A DNA stretch of 64,000 bases from NCBI RefSeq assembly GCF_009914755.1, contig NC_060935.1; one strand, given 5' to 3'. How positions within the stretch are numbered: position 1 is the first letter of the stretch; every line of letters begins with the position of its first letter. This stretch comes from the human T2T-CHM13v2.0 reference genome, Homo sapiens. Under the pieces are notes generated by a model that saw only the letters and a list, made by a program, of their open reading frames with translations, was not told where the DNA came from and ran no database searches. Made by a program: the position numbers and the translations under genes. Positions 26,201 to 40,600 of the stretch are shown here, in pieces.

Positions 26201-29200
26201 CAGAACTACACGGAAGCATTCTGAGAAACTTCTTTGTGATGTTTGCATTCAACTCACAGAGTTGAACCTTGCTTTCATAGTTCAGCTTTCAAACACTCTT
26301 TTTGTAGAATCTGCAAGTGGATATTTGGACCACTTTGTGGCCTTCCTTCGAAACTGGTATATCTTCACATCAAACCGAGACAGAAGCATTCTCAGAATGT
26401 TTCCTGTGATGACTGCATTCAACTCACAGAGGTGAACACTCCTGCTGATGGAGCAGTTTTGAAACTCTCTTTCTTTGGATTCTGTAAGTGGATATGTGGA
26501 CCTCTGTGAAGATTTCGTTGGAAACGGGTTCATCTTCACAGAAAAATTAACAGGAGCATTCTCAGAAACTGCTTTGTGATGTTTGTGTTCCACTTCAAGA
26601 ATTGAACTTTCCTCTTGACAGAGCAGCTCTGCAACCCTCTTTTTCTAGAATCTGCAAGTGGACATTTGGAGGGCTTGGAGGCCTGTGGTGGAAAAGGAAA
26701 ATCTTCACATAAAAACTAGATGGAAGCATTCTCAGAAACTACTTTGTGATGATTGCATTCGACTCACAGAGTTGAACATTCCTATAGATAGAGCAGTTTG
26801 TAAACAATCTTTTTGTAGAATCTGCGATTGGAGATTTGGACTGCTTTGAGGCCTACTGTAGTAAAGGAAATAACTTCATCTAAAAACCAAACGGAAGCAT
26901 TCACAGACAATTCTTAGTGATCATTGGATTGAACTAACAGAGCTGAACATTCCTTTAGATGGAGCAGTTTCCAAACCCACTTTCTGTAGAATCTGCAAGT
27001 GGATATTTGGACTTCTCTGAGGATTTCGTTGGAAACGGGATAAACTTCCCAGAACTACACGGAAGCATTGTGAGAAACTTCTTTGTGATGTTTGCATTCA
27101 ACTCACAGAGTTGAACCTTGCTTTCATAGTTCAGCTTTCAAACACTCTTTTTGTAGAATCTGCAAGTGGATATTTGGACCACTTTGTGGCCTTCCTTCGA
27201 AACGGGTATATCTTCACATCAAACCTAGACAGAAGCATTCTCAGAATGTTTCCTGTGATGACTGCATTCAACTCACAGAGGTGAACAATCCTGCTGATGG
27301 AGCAGTTTTGAAACTCTCTTTCTTTGGATTCTGCAAGTGGATATGTGGACCTCTGTGAAGATTTCGTTGGAAACGGGTTCAGCTTCACAGAAAAACTAAA
27401 CAGGATCATTCTCAGAAACTGCTTTGTGATGTTTGTGTTCCACTTCAAGAATTGAACTTTCCTCTTGACGGAGCAGCTCTGAAACCCTCTTTTTCTAGAA
27501 TCTGCAAGTTGACATTTGGAGGGCTTTGAGGTCTGTGGTGAAAAAGGAAAATCTTCACATAAAAACTAGATGGAAGCATTCTCAGAAACTACTTTGTGAT
27601 GATTGCATTCGACCCACAGAGTTGAACATTCCTATAGATAGTGCAGGTTGTAAACAATCTTTTGTAGAATCTGCGATTGGAGATTTGGACTGCTTTGAGG
27701 CCTACTGTAGTAAAGGAAATAACTTCATCTAAAAACCAAACGGAAGCATTCACAGACAATTCTTAGTGATCATTGGATTGAACTAACAGAGCTGAACATT
27801 CCCTTAGATGGCGCAGTTTCCAAACCCACTTTCTGTAGAATCTGCAAGTGGATATTTGGACCTCTCTGAGGATTTCGTTGGAAACGGGATAAACTTCCCA
27901 GAACTACACGGAAGCATTCTGAGAAACTTCTTTGTGATGTTTGCATTCAACTCACAGAGTTGAACCTTGCTTTCATAGTTCAGCTTTCAAACACTCTTTT
28001 TGTAGAATCTGCAAGTGGATATTTGGACCACTTTGTGGCCTTCCTTCGAAACGGGTATATCTTCACATCAAACCTAGACAGAAGCATTCTCAGAATGTTT
28101 CCTGTGATGACTGCATTCAACTCACAGAGGTGAACAATCCTGCTGATGGAGCAGTTTTGAAACTCTCTTTCTTTGGATTCTGCAAGTGGATATGTGGACC
28201 TCTGTGAAGATTTCGTTGGAAACGGGTTCATCTTCACAGAAAAACTAAACAGGAGCATTCTCAGAAACTGCTTTGTGATGTTTGTGTTCCATTTCAGGAA
28301 TTGAACTTTCCTCTTGACAGAGCAGCTCTGAAACCCTCTTATTCTAGAATCTGCAAGTGGACATTTGGAGGGCTTTGAGGCCTGTGGTGGAAAAGGAAAA
28401 TCTTCACATAAAAACTAGATGGAAGCATTCTCAGAAACTACTTTGTGATGATTGCATTCGACTCACAGAGTTGAACATTCCTATAGATAGAGCAGTTTGT
28501 AAACAATCTTTTTGTAGAATCTGCGATTGGAGATTTGGACTGCTTTGAGGCCTACTGTAGTAAAGGAAATAACTTCATCTAAAAACCAAACGGAAGCATT
28601 CACAGACATTTCTTAGTGATCATTGGATTGAACTAACAGAGCTGAACATTCCTTTAGATGGAGCAGTTTCCAAACCCACTTTCTGTAGAATCTGCAAGTG
28701 GATATTTGGACTTCTCTGAGGATTTCGTTGGAAACGGGATAAACTTCCCAGAACTACACGGAAGCATTGTGAGAAACTTCTTTGTGATGTTTGCATTCAA
28801 CTCACAGAGTTGAACCTTGCTTTCATAGTTCAGCTTTCAAACACTCTTTTTGTAGAATCTGCAAGTGGATATTTGGACCACTTTGTGGCCTTCCTTCGAA
28901 ACGGGTATATCTTCACATCAAACCTAGACAGAAGCATTCTCAGAATGTTTCCTGTGATGACTGCATTCAACTCACAGAGGTGAACAATCCTGCTGATGGA
29001 GCAGTTTTGAAACTCTCTTTCTTTGGATTCTGCAAGTGGATATGTGGACCTCTGTGAAGATTTCGTTGGAAACGGGTTCATCTTCACAGAAAAACTAAAC
29101 AGGAGCATTCTCAGAAACTGCTTTGTGATGTTTGTGTTCCACTTCAAGAATTGAACTTTCCTCTTGACAGAGCAGCTCTGAAACACTCTTTTTCTAGAAT

Positions 29201-30074
29201 CTGCAAGTGGACATTTGGAGGGCTTTGAGGCCTGTGGTGGAAAAGGAAAATCTTCACATAAAAACTAGATGGAAGCATTCTCAGAAACTACTTTGTGATG
29301 ATTGCATTCGACTCACAGAGTTCAACATTCCTATAGGGAGAGCAGGTTGTAAACAATCTTTTTGTAGAATCTGCGATTAGAGATTTGGACTGCTTTGAGG
29401 CCTACTGTAGTAAAGGAAATAACTTCATCTAAAAACCAAACGGAAGCATTCACAGACAATTCTTAGTGATCATTGGATTGAACTAACAGAGCTGAACATT
29501 CCTTTAGATGGCGCAGTTTCCAGACACACTTTCTGTAGAATCTGCAAGTGGATATTTGGACCTCTCTGAGGATTTCGTTGGAAACAGGATAAACTTCCCA
29601 GAACTACACGGAAGCATTCTGAGAAACTTCTTTGTGATGTTTGCATTCAACTCACAGAGTTGAACCTTGCTTTCATAGTTCAGCTTTCAAACACTCTTTT
29701 TGTAGAATCTGCAAGTGGATATTTGGACCACTTTGTGGCCTTCCTTCGAAACTGGTATATCTTCACATCAAACCGAGACAGAAGCATTCTCAGAATGTTT
29801 CCTGTGATGACTGCATTCAACTCACAGAGGTGAACACTCCTGCTGATGGAGCAGTTTTGAAACTCTCTTTCTTTGGATTCTGTAAGTGGATATGTGGACC
29901 TCTGTGAAGATTTCGTTGGAAACGGGTTCATCTTCACAGAAAAATTAACAGGAGCATTCTCAGAAACTGCTTTGTGATGTTTGTGTTCCACTTCAAGAAT
30001 TGAACTTTCCTCTTGACAGAGCAGCTCTGCAACCCTCTTTTTCTAGAATCTGCAAGTGGACATTTGGAGGGCTT
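23245..30074 (+). repeat. Tandem duplication of a 4-HOR block (period 3398 bp; each copy carries two 1-bp deletions)
   Basis: GGGCTTGGAG variant at 23279/26677; TTCAGCTTC, GACGGAGC, GTGAAAAAGG and the T-run deletion shared; ORF pairs 23694/27092, 24128/27526, 24543/27941, 25393/28791, 26243/29641. Confidence 0.9.
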
Positions 30075-33000
30075 TGAGGCCTGTGGTGGAAAAGGAAAAT
30101 CTTCACATAAAAACTAGATGGAAGCATTCTCAGAAACTCCTTTGTGATGATTGCATTCGACTCACAGAGTTGAACATTCCTATAGATAGAGCAGGTTGTA
30201 AACAATCTTTTTGTAGAATCTGCGATTGGAGATTTGGACTGCTTTGAGGCCTACTGTAGTAAAGGAAATAACTTCATCTAAAAACCAAACGGAAGCATTC
30301 ACAGACAATTGTTAGTGATCATTGGATTGAACTAACAGTGCTGAACATTCGTTTAGATGGCGCAGTTTCCAAACACACTTTCTGTAGAATCTGCAAGTGG
30401 ATATTTGGACCTCTCTGAGGATTTCGTTGGAAACGGGATAAACTTCCCAGAACTACACGGAAGCATTGTGAGAAACTTCTTTGTGATGTTTGCATTCAAC
30501 TCACAGAGTTGAACCTTGCTTTCATAGTTCAGCTTTCAAACACTCTTTTTGTAGAATCTGCAAGTGGATATTTGGACCAATTTGTGGTCTTCCTTCGAAA
30601 CGGGTATATCTTCACATCAAACCTAGACAGAAGCATTCTCAGAATGTTTCCTTTGATGACTGCATTCAACTCACAGAGGTGAACAATCCTGCTGATGGAG
30701 CAGTTTTGAAATTCCCTTTCTTTGGATTCTGCAAGTGGATATGTGGACCTCTGTGAAGATTTCGTTGGAAACGGGTTCATCTTCACAGAAAAACTAAACA
30801 GAAGCATTCTCAGAAACTGCTTTGTGATGTTTGTGTTCCACTTCAGGAATTGAACTTTCCTCTTGACAGAGCAGCTCTGAAACCCTCTTATTCTAGAATC
30901 TGCAAGGGGACATTTGAAGGGCTTTGAGGCCTGTGGTGGAAAAGGAAAATCTTCACATAAAAACTAGATGGAAGCATTCTCAGAAACTACTTTGTGATGA
31001 TTGCATTCGACTCACAGAGTTGAACATTCCTATAGATAGAGCAGGTTGTAAACAATCTTTTTGTAGAATCTGCGATTGGAGATTTGGACTGCTTTGAGGC
31101 CTACTGTAGTAAAGGAAATAACTTCATCTAAAAACCAAACGGAAGCATTCACAGACAATTCTTAGTGATCATTGGATTGAACTAACAGAGCTGAACATTC
31201 CTTTAGATGGAGCAGTTTCCAAACCCACTTTCTGTAGAATCTGCAAGTGGATATTTGGACTTCTCTGAGGATTTCGTTGGAAACGGGATAAACTTCCCAG
31301 AACTACACGGAAGCATTGTGAGAAACTTCTTTGTGATATTTGCATTCAACTCACAGAGTTGAACCTTGCTTTCATAGTTCAGCTTTCAAACACTCTTTTT
31401 GTAGAATCTGCAAGTGGATATTTGGACCACTTTGTGGCCTTCCTTCGAAACGGGTATATCTTCACATCAAACCTAGACAGAAGCATTCTCAGAATGTTTC
31501 CTGTGATGACTGCATTCAACTCACAGAGGTGAACAATCCTGCTGATGGAGCAGTTTTGAAACTCTCTTTCTTTGGTATCTGCAAGTGGATATGTGGACCT
31601 CTGTGAAGATTTCGTTGGAAACGGGTTCATCCTCACAGAAAAACTAAACAGGAGCATTCTCAGAAACTGCTTTGTGATGTTTGTGTTCCACTTCAAGAAT
31701 TGAACTTTCCTCTTGACAGAGCAGCTCTGAAACCCTCTTTTTCTAGAATCTGCAAGTGGACATTTGGAGGGCTTTGAGGCCTGTGGTGGAAATGGAAAAT
31801 CTTCACATAAAAACTAGATGGAAACATTCTCAGAAACTACTTTGTGATGATTGCATTCGACTCACAGAGTTCAACATTCCTATAGGGAGAGCAGGTTGTA
31901 AACAATCTTTTTGTAGAATCTGCGATTAGAGATTTAGACTGCTTTGAGGCCTACTGTAGTAAAGGAAATAACTTCATCTAAAAACCAAACGGAAGCATTC
32001 ACAGACAATTCTTAGTGATCATTGGATTGAACTAACAGAGCTGAACATTCCTTTAGATGGCGCAGTTTCCAGACACACTTTCTGTAGAATCTGCAAGTGG
32101 ATATTTGGACCTCTCTGAGGATTTCGTTGGAAACAGGATAAACTTCCCAGAACTACACGGAAGCATTCTGAGAAACTTCTTTGTGATGTTTGCATTCAAC
32201 TCACAGAGTTGAACCTTGCTTTCATAGTTCAGCTTTCAAACACTCTTTTTGTAGAATCTGCAAGTGGATATTTGGACCACTTTGTGGCCTTCCTTCGAAA
32301 CTGGTATATCTTCACATCAAACCGAGACAGAAGCATTCTCAGAATGTTTCCTGTGATGACTGCATTCAACTCACAGAGGTGAACACTCCTGCTGATGGAG
32401 CAGTTTTGAAACTCTCTTTCTTTGGATTCTGTAAGTGGATATGTGGACCTCTGTGAAGATTTCGTTGGAAACGGGTTCATCTTCACAGAAAAATTAACAG
32501 GAGCATTCTCAGAAACTGCTTTGTGATGTTTGTGTTCCACTTCAAGAATTGAACTTTCCTCTTGACAGAGCAGCTCTGCAACCCTCTTTTTCTAGAATCT
32601 GCAAGTGGACATTTGGAGGGCTTTGAGGCCTGTGGTGGAAAAGGAAAATCTTCACATAAAAACTAGATGGAAGCATTCTCAGAAACTCCTTTGTGATGAT
32701 TGCATTCGACTCACAGAGTTGAACATTCCTATAGATAGAGCAGGTTGTAAACAATCTTTTTGTAGAATCTGCGATTGGAGATTTGGACTGCTTTGAGGCC
32801 TACTGTAGTAAAGGAAATAACTTCATCTAAAAACCAAACGGAAGCATTCACAGACAATTGTTAGTGATCATTGCATTGAACTAACAGTGCTGAACATTCG
32901 TTTAGATGGCGCAGTTTCCAAACACACTTTCTGTAGAATCTGCAAGTGGATATTTGGACCTCTCTGAGGATTTCGTTGGAAACGGGATAAACTTCCCAGA

Positions 33001-34572
33001 ACTACACGGAAGCATTGTGAGAAACTTCTTTGTGATGTTTGCATTCAACTCACAGAGTTGAACCTTGCTTTCATAGTTCAGCTTTCAAACACTCTTTTTG
33101 TAGAATCTGCAAGTGGATATTTGGACCAATTTGTGGTCTTCCTTCGAAACGGGTATATCTTCACATCAAACCTAGACAGAAGCATTCTCAGAATGTTTCC
33201 TTTGATGACTGCATTCAACTCACAGAGGTGAAAAATCCTGCTGATGGAGCAGTTTTGAAATTCCCTTTCTTTGGATTCTGCAAGTGGATATGTGGACCTC
33301 TGTGAAGATTTCGTTGGAAACGGGTTCATCTTCACAGAAAAACTAAACAGAAGCATTCTCAGAAACTGCTTTGTGATGTTTGTGTTCCACTTCAGGAATT
33401 GAACTTTCCTCTTGACAGAGCAGCTCTGAAACCCTCTTATTCTAGAATCTGCAAGTGGACATTTGAAGGGCTTTGAGGCCTGTGGTGGAAAAGGAAAATC
33501 TTCACATAAAAACTAGATGGAAGCATTCTCAGAAACTACTTTGTGATGATTGCATTCGACTCACAGAGTTGAACATTCCTATAGATAGAGCAGGTTGTAA
33601 ACAATCTTTTTGTAGAATCTGCGATTGGAGATTTGGACTGCTTTGAGGCCTACTGTAGTAAAGGAAATAACTTCTTCTAAAAACCAAACGGAAGCATTCA
33701 CAGACAATTCTTAGTGATCATTGGATTGAACTAACAGAGCTGAACATTCCTTTAGATGGAGCAGTTTCCAAACCCACTTTCTGTAGAATCTGCAAGTGGA
33801 TATTTGGACTTCTCTGAGGATTTCGTTGGAAACGGGATAAATTTCCCAGAACTACACGGAAGCATTGTGAGAAACTTCTTTGTGATATTTGCATTCAACT
33901 CACAGAGTTGAACCTTGCTTTCATAGTTCAGCTTTCAAACACTCTTTTTGTAGAATCTGCAAGTGGATATTTGGACCACTTTGTGGCCTTCCTTCGAAAC
34001 GGGTATATCTTCACATCAAACCTAGACAGAAGCATTCTCAGAATGTTTCCTGTGATGACTGCATTCAACTCACAGAGGTGAACAATCCTGCTGATGGAGC
34101 AGTTTTGAAACTCTCTTTCTTTGGTATCTGCAAGTGGATATGTGGACCTCTGTGAAGATTTCGTTGGAAACGGGTTCATCCTCACAGAAAAACTAAACAG
34201 GAGCATTCTCAGAAACTGCTTTGTGATGTTTGTGTTCCACTTCAAGAATTGAACTTTCCTCTTGACAGAGCAGCTCTGAAACCCTCTTTTTCTAGAATCT
34301 GCAAGTGGACATTTGGAGGGCTTTGAGGCCTGTGGTGGAAATGGAAAATCTTCACATAAAAACTAGATGGAAGCATTCTCAGAAACTACTTTGTGATGAT
34401 TGCATTCGACTCACAGAGTTCAACATTCCTATAGGGAGAGCAGGTTGTAAACAATCTTTTTGTAGAATCTGCGATTAGAGATTTAGACTGCTTTGAGGCC
34501 TACTGTAGTAAAGGAAATAACTTCATCTAAAAACCAAACGGAAGCATTCACAGACAATTCTTAGTGATCATT
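29388..34572 (+). repeat. Tandem duplication of a 3-HOR block (period 2549 bp)
   Basis: ORF/variant pairs 29641/32190, 30490/33039, 31340/33889; six differences between the copies seen by eye. Confidence 0.85.
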
Positions 34573-37500
34573 GCATTGAACTAACAGAGCTGAACATTCG
34601 TTTAGATGGCGCAGTTTCCAAACACACTTTCTGTAGAATCTGCAAGTGGATATTTGGACCACTCTGAGGATTTCGCTGGAAACGGGATAAACTTCCCAGA
34701 ACTACACGGAAGCATTCTGAGAAACTTCTTTGTGATGTTTGCATTCAACTCACAGAGTTGAACCTTGCTTTCATAGTTCAGCTTTCAAACACTCTTTTTG
34801 TAGAATCTGCAAGTTGATATTTGGACCACTTTGTGGCCTTCCTTCGAAACGGGTATATCTTCACATCAAACCTAGACAGAAGCATTCTCAGAATGTTTCC
34901 TGTGATGACTGCATTCAACTCACAGAGGTGAACAATCCTGCTGATGGAGCAGTTTTAAAATTCTCTTTCTTTGGATTCTGCAAGTGGATATGTGGACCTC
35001 TGTGAAGATTTCGTTGGAAACGGGTTCATCTTCACAGAAAAACTAAACAGAAGCATTCTCAGAAACTGCTTTGTGATGTTTGTGTTCCACTTCAGGAATT
35101 GAACTTTCCTCTTGACAGAGCAGCTCTGAAACCCTCTTATTCTAGAATCTGCAAGTGGACATTTGGAGGGCTTTGAGGCCTGTGGTGGAAAAGGAAAATC
35201 TTCACATAAAAACTAGATGGAAGCATTCTCAGAAACTACTTTGTGATGATTGCATTCGACTCACAGAGTTGAACATTCCTATAGATAGAGCAGGTTGTAA
35301 ACAATCTTTTTGTAGAATCTGCGATTGGAGATTTGGACTGCTTTGAGGCCTACTGTAGTAAAGGAAATAACTTCATCTAAAAACCAAACGGAAGCATTCA
35401 CAGACAATTCTTAGTGATCATTGGATTGAACTAACAGAGCTGAACATTCCTTCAGATGGAGCAGTTTCCAAACCCACTTTCTGTAGAATCTGCAAGTGGA
35501 TATTTGGACTTCTCTGAGGATTTCGTTGGAAACGGGATAAACTTCCCAGAACTACACGGAAGCATTGTGAGAAACTTCTTTGTGATGTTTGCATTCAACA
35601 CACAGAGTTGAACCTTGCTTTCATAGTTCAGCTTTCAAACACTCTTTTTGTAGAATCTGCAAGTGGATATTTGGACCACTTTGTGGCCTTCCTTCGAAAC
35701 GGGTATATCTTCACATCAAACCTAGACAGAAGCATTCTCAGAATGTTTCCTGTGATGACTGCATTCAACTCACAGAGGTGAACAATCCTGCTGATGGAGC
35801 AGTTTTGAAACTCTCTTTCTTTGGATTCTGCAAGTGGATATGTGGACCTCTGTGAAGATTTCGTTGGAAACGGGTTCATCCTCACAGAAAAACTAAACAG
35901 GAGCATTCTCAGAAACTGCTTTGTGATGTTTGTGTTCCACTTCAAGAATTGAACTTTCCTCTTGACAGAGCAGCTCTGAAACCCTCTTTTTCTAGAATCT
36001 GCAAGTGGACATTTGGAGGGCTTTGAGGCCTGTGGTGGAAATGGAAAATCTTCACATAAAAACTAGATGGAAGCATTCTCAGAAACTACTTTGTGATGAT
36101 TGCATTCGACTCACAGAGTTCAACATTCCTATAGGGAGAGCAGGTTGTAAACAATCTTTTTGTAGAATCTGCGATTAGAGATTTAGACTGCTTTGAGGCC
36201 TACTGTAGTAAAGGAAATAACTTCATCTAAAAACCAAACGGAAGCATTCACAGACAATTCTTAGTGATCATTGCATTGAACTAACAGAGCTGAACATTCG
36301 TTTAGATGGCGCAGTTTCCAAACACACTTTCTGTAGAATCTGCAAGTGGATATTTGGACCACTCTGAGGATTTCGCTGGAAACGGGATAAACTTCCCAGA
36401 ACTACATGGAAGCATTCTGAGAAACTTCTTTGTGATGTTTGCATTCAACTCACAGAGTTGAACCTTGCTTTCATAGTTCAGCTTTCAAACACTCTTTTTG
36501 TAGAATCTGCAAGTTGATATTTGGACCACTTTGTGGCCTTCCTTCGAAACGGGTATATCTTCACATCAAACCTAGACAGAAGCATTCTCAGAATGTTTCC
36601 TGTGATGACTGCATTCAACTCACAGAGGTGAACAATCCTGCTGATGGAGCAGTTTCAAAATTCTCTTTCTTTGGATTCTGCAAGTGGATATGTGGACCTC
36701 TGTGAAGATTTCGTTGGAAACGGGTTCATCTTCACAGAAAAACTAAACAGAAGCATTCTCAGAAACTGCTTTGTGATGTTTGTGTTCCACTTCAGGAATT
36801 GAACTTTCCTCTTGACAGAGCAGCTCTGAAACCCTCTTATTCTAGAATCTGCAAGTGGACATTTGGAGGGCTTTGAGGCCTGTGGTGGAAAAGGAAAATC
36901 TTCACATAAAAACTAGATGGAAGCATTCTCAGAAACTACTTTGTGATGATTGCATTCGACTCACAGAGTTGAACATTCCTATAGATAGAGCAGGTTGTAA
37001 ACAATCTTTTTGTAGAATCTGCGATTGGAGATTTGGACTGCTTTGAGGCCTACTGTAGTAAAGGAAATAACTTCATCTAAAAACCAAACGGAAGCATTCA
37101 CAGACAATTCTTAGTGATCATTGGATTGAACTAACAGAGCTGAACATTCCTTCAGATGGAGCAGTTTCCAAACCCACTTTCTGTAGAATCTGCAAGTGGA
37201 TATTTGGACTTCTCTGAGGATTTCGTTGGAAACGGGATAAACTTCCCAGAACTACACGGAAGCATTGTGAGAAACTTCTTTGTGATGTTTGCATTCAACA
37301 CACAGAGTTGAACCTTGCTTTCATAGTTCAGCTTTCAAACACTCTTTTTGTAGAATCTGCAAGTGGATATTTGGACCACTTTGTGGCCTTCCTTCGAAAC
37401 GGGTATATCTTCACATCAAACCTAGACAGAAGCATTCTCAGAATGTTTCCTGTGATGACTGCATTCAACTCACAGAGGTGAACAATCCTGCTGATGGAGC

Positions 37501-37603
37501 AGTTTTGAAACTCTCTTTCTTTGGATTCTGCAAGTGGATATGTGGACCTCTGTGAAGATTTCGTTGGAAACGGGTTCATCCTCACAGAAAAACTAAACAG
37601 GAG
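34127..37603 (+). repeat. Tandem duplication of a 2-HOR block (period 1700 bp)
   Basis: GGAAATGGAAA 34342/36042, TTCGCTGG 34676/36376, CAACACAC 35600/37300. Confidence 0.85.
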
Positions 37604-40600
37604 AATTCTCAGAAACTGCTTTGTGATGTTTGTGTTCCACTTCAAGAATTGAACTTTCCTCTTGACAGAGCAGCTCTGAAACCCTCTTTTTCTAGAATCT
37701 GCAAGTGGACATTTGGAGGGCTTTGAGGCCTGTGGTGGAAAAGGAAAATCTTCACATAAAAACTAGATGGAAGCATTCTCAGAAACTACTTTGTGATGAT
37801 TGCATTCGACTCACAGAGTTCAACATTCCTATAGGGATAGCAGGTTGTAAACAATCTTTTTGTAGAATCTGCGATTAGAGATTTGGACTGCTTTGAGGCC
37901 TACTGTAGTAAAGGAAATAACTTCATCTAAAAACCAAACGGAAGCATTCACAGACAATTCTTAGTGATCATTGCATTGAACTAACAGAGCTGAACATTCG
38001 TTTAGATGGCGCAGTTTCCAAACACACTTTCTGTAGAATCTGCAAGTGGATATTTGGACCTCTCTGAGGATTTCGTTGGAAACGGGATAAACTTCCCAAA
38101 ACTACACGGAAGCATTGTGAGAAACTTCTTTGTGATGTTTGCATTCAACTCACAGAGTTGAACCTTGCTTTCATAGTTCAGCTTTCAAACACTCTTTTTG
38201 TAGAAACTGCAAGTGGATATTTGGACCACTTGGTGGCCTTCCTTCGAAACGGGTATATCTTCACATCAAACCTAGACAGAAGCATTCTCAGAATGTTTCC
38301 TGTGATGACTGCATTCAACTCACAGAGGTGAACAATCCTGCTGATGGAGCAGTTTTGAAATTCTCTTTCTTTGGATTCTGCAAGTGGATATGTGGACCTC
38401 TGTGAAGATTTCGTTGGAAACGGGTTCATCTTCACAGAAAAACTAAACAGAAGCATTCTCAGAAACTGCTTTCTGATGTTTGTGTTCCACTTCAGGAATT
38501 GAACTTTCCTCTTGACAGAGCAGCTCTGAAACCCTCTTATTCTAGAATCTGCAAGTGGACATTTGGAGGGCTTTGAGGCCTGTGGTGGAAAAGGAAAATC
38601 TTCACATAAAAACTAGATGGAAGCATTCTCAGAAACTACTTTGTGATGATTGCATTCGACTCACAGAGTTGAACATTCCTATAGATAGAGCAGGTTGTAA
38701 ACAATCTTTTTGTAGAATCTGCGATTGGAGATTTGGACTGCTTTGAGGCCTACTGTAGTAAAGGAAATAACTTCATCTAAAAACCAAACGGAAGCATTCA
38801 CAGACAATTCTTAGTGATCATTGGATTGAACTAACAGAGCTGAACATTCCTTTAGATGGCGCAGTTTCCAAACACACTTTCTGTAGAATCTGCAAGTGGA
38901 TATTTGGACTTCTCTGAGGATTTCGTTGGAAACGGGATAAACTTCCCAGAACTACACGGAAACATTGTGAGAAACTTCTTTGTGATGTTTTCATTCAACT
39001 CACAGAGTTGAACCTTGCTTTCATAGTTCAGCTTTCAAACACTCTTTTTGTAGAATCTGCAAGTGGATATTTGGACCACTTTGTGGCCTTCCTTCAAAAC
39101 GGGTATATCTTCACATCAAACCTAGACAGAAGCATTCTCAGAATGTTTCCTGTGATGACTGCATTCAACTCACAGAGGTGAACAATCCTGCTGATGGAGC
39201 AGTTTTGAAACTCTCTTTCTTTGGATTCTGCAAGTGGGTATGTGGACCTCTGTGAAGATTTCGTTGGAAACGGTTTCATCTTCACAGAAAAACTAAACAG
39301 AAACATTCTCAGAAACTGCTTTCTGATGTTTGTGTTCCACTTCAGGAATTGAACTTTCCTCTTGACAGAGCAGCTCTGAAATCCTCTTATTCAAGAATCT
39401 GCAAGTGGACATTTGGACGGCTTTGAGGCCTGTGGTGGAAAAGGAAAATCTTCACATAAAAACTAGATGGAAGCATTCTCAGAAACTACTTTGTGATGAT
39501 TGCATTCGACTCACAGAGTTGAACATTCCTATAGATAGAGCAGGTTGTAAACAATCTTTTTGTAGAATCTGCGATTGGAGATTTGGACTGCTTTCAGGCC
39601 TACTGTAGTAAAGGAAATAACTTCATCTAAAAACCAAACGGAAGCATTCACAGATAATTCTTAGTGATATTGGATTGAACTAACAGAGCTGAACATTCCT
39701 TTAGATGGAGCAGTTTCCAAACACCCTTTCTGTAGAATCTGCAAGTGGATATTTGGACTTCTCTGAGGATTTCGTTGGAAACGGGATAAACTTCCCAGAA
39801 CTACACGGAAGCATTCTGAGAAACTTCTTTGTGATGTTTGCATTCAACTCACAGAGTTGAACCTTGCTTTCATAGTTCAGCTTTCAAACACTCTTTTTGT
39901 AGAATCTGCAAGTGGATATTTGGACCACTTTGTGGCCTTCCTTCGAAACGGGTATATCTTCACATCAAACCTAGACAGAAGCATTCTCAGAATGTTTCCT
40001 GTGATGACTGCATTCAACTCACAGAGGTGAACAATCCTGCTGATGGAGCAGTTTTGAAACTCTCTTTCTTTGGATTCTGCAAGTGGATATGTGGACCTCT
40101 GTGAAGATTTCATTGGAAACGGGTTCATCTTCACAGAAAAACTAAACAGGAGCATTCTCAGAAACTGCTTTGTGATGTTTGTGTTCCACTTCAAGACTTG
40201 AACTTTCCTCTTGACACAGCAGCTCTGAAACCCTCTTTTTCTAGAATCTGCAAGTGGACATTTGGAGGGCTTTGAGGCCTGTGGTGGAAAAGGAAAATCT
40301 TCACATAAAAACTAGATGGAAGCATTCTCAGAAACTACTTTGTGATGATTGCATTCGACTCACAGAGTTGAACATTCCTATAGATAGAGCAGGTTGTAAA
40401 CAATCTTTTTGTAGAATCTGCGATTGGAGATTTGGACTGCTTTGAGGCCTACTGTAGTAAAGGAAATAACTTCATCTAAAAACCAAACGGAAGCATTCAC
40501 AGACAATTCTTAGTGATCATTGGATTGAACTAACAGAGCTGAACATTCCTACAGATGGAGGAGTTTCCAAACACACTTTCTGTAGAATCTGCAAGTGGAT

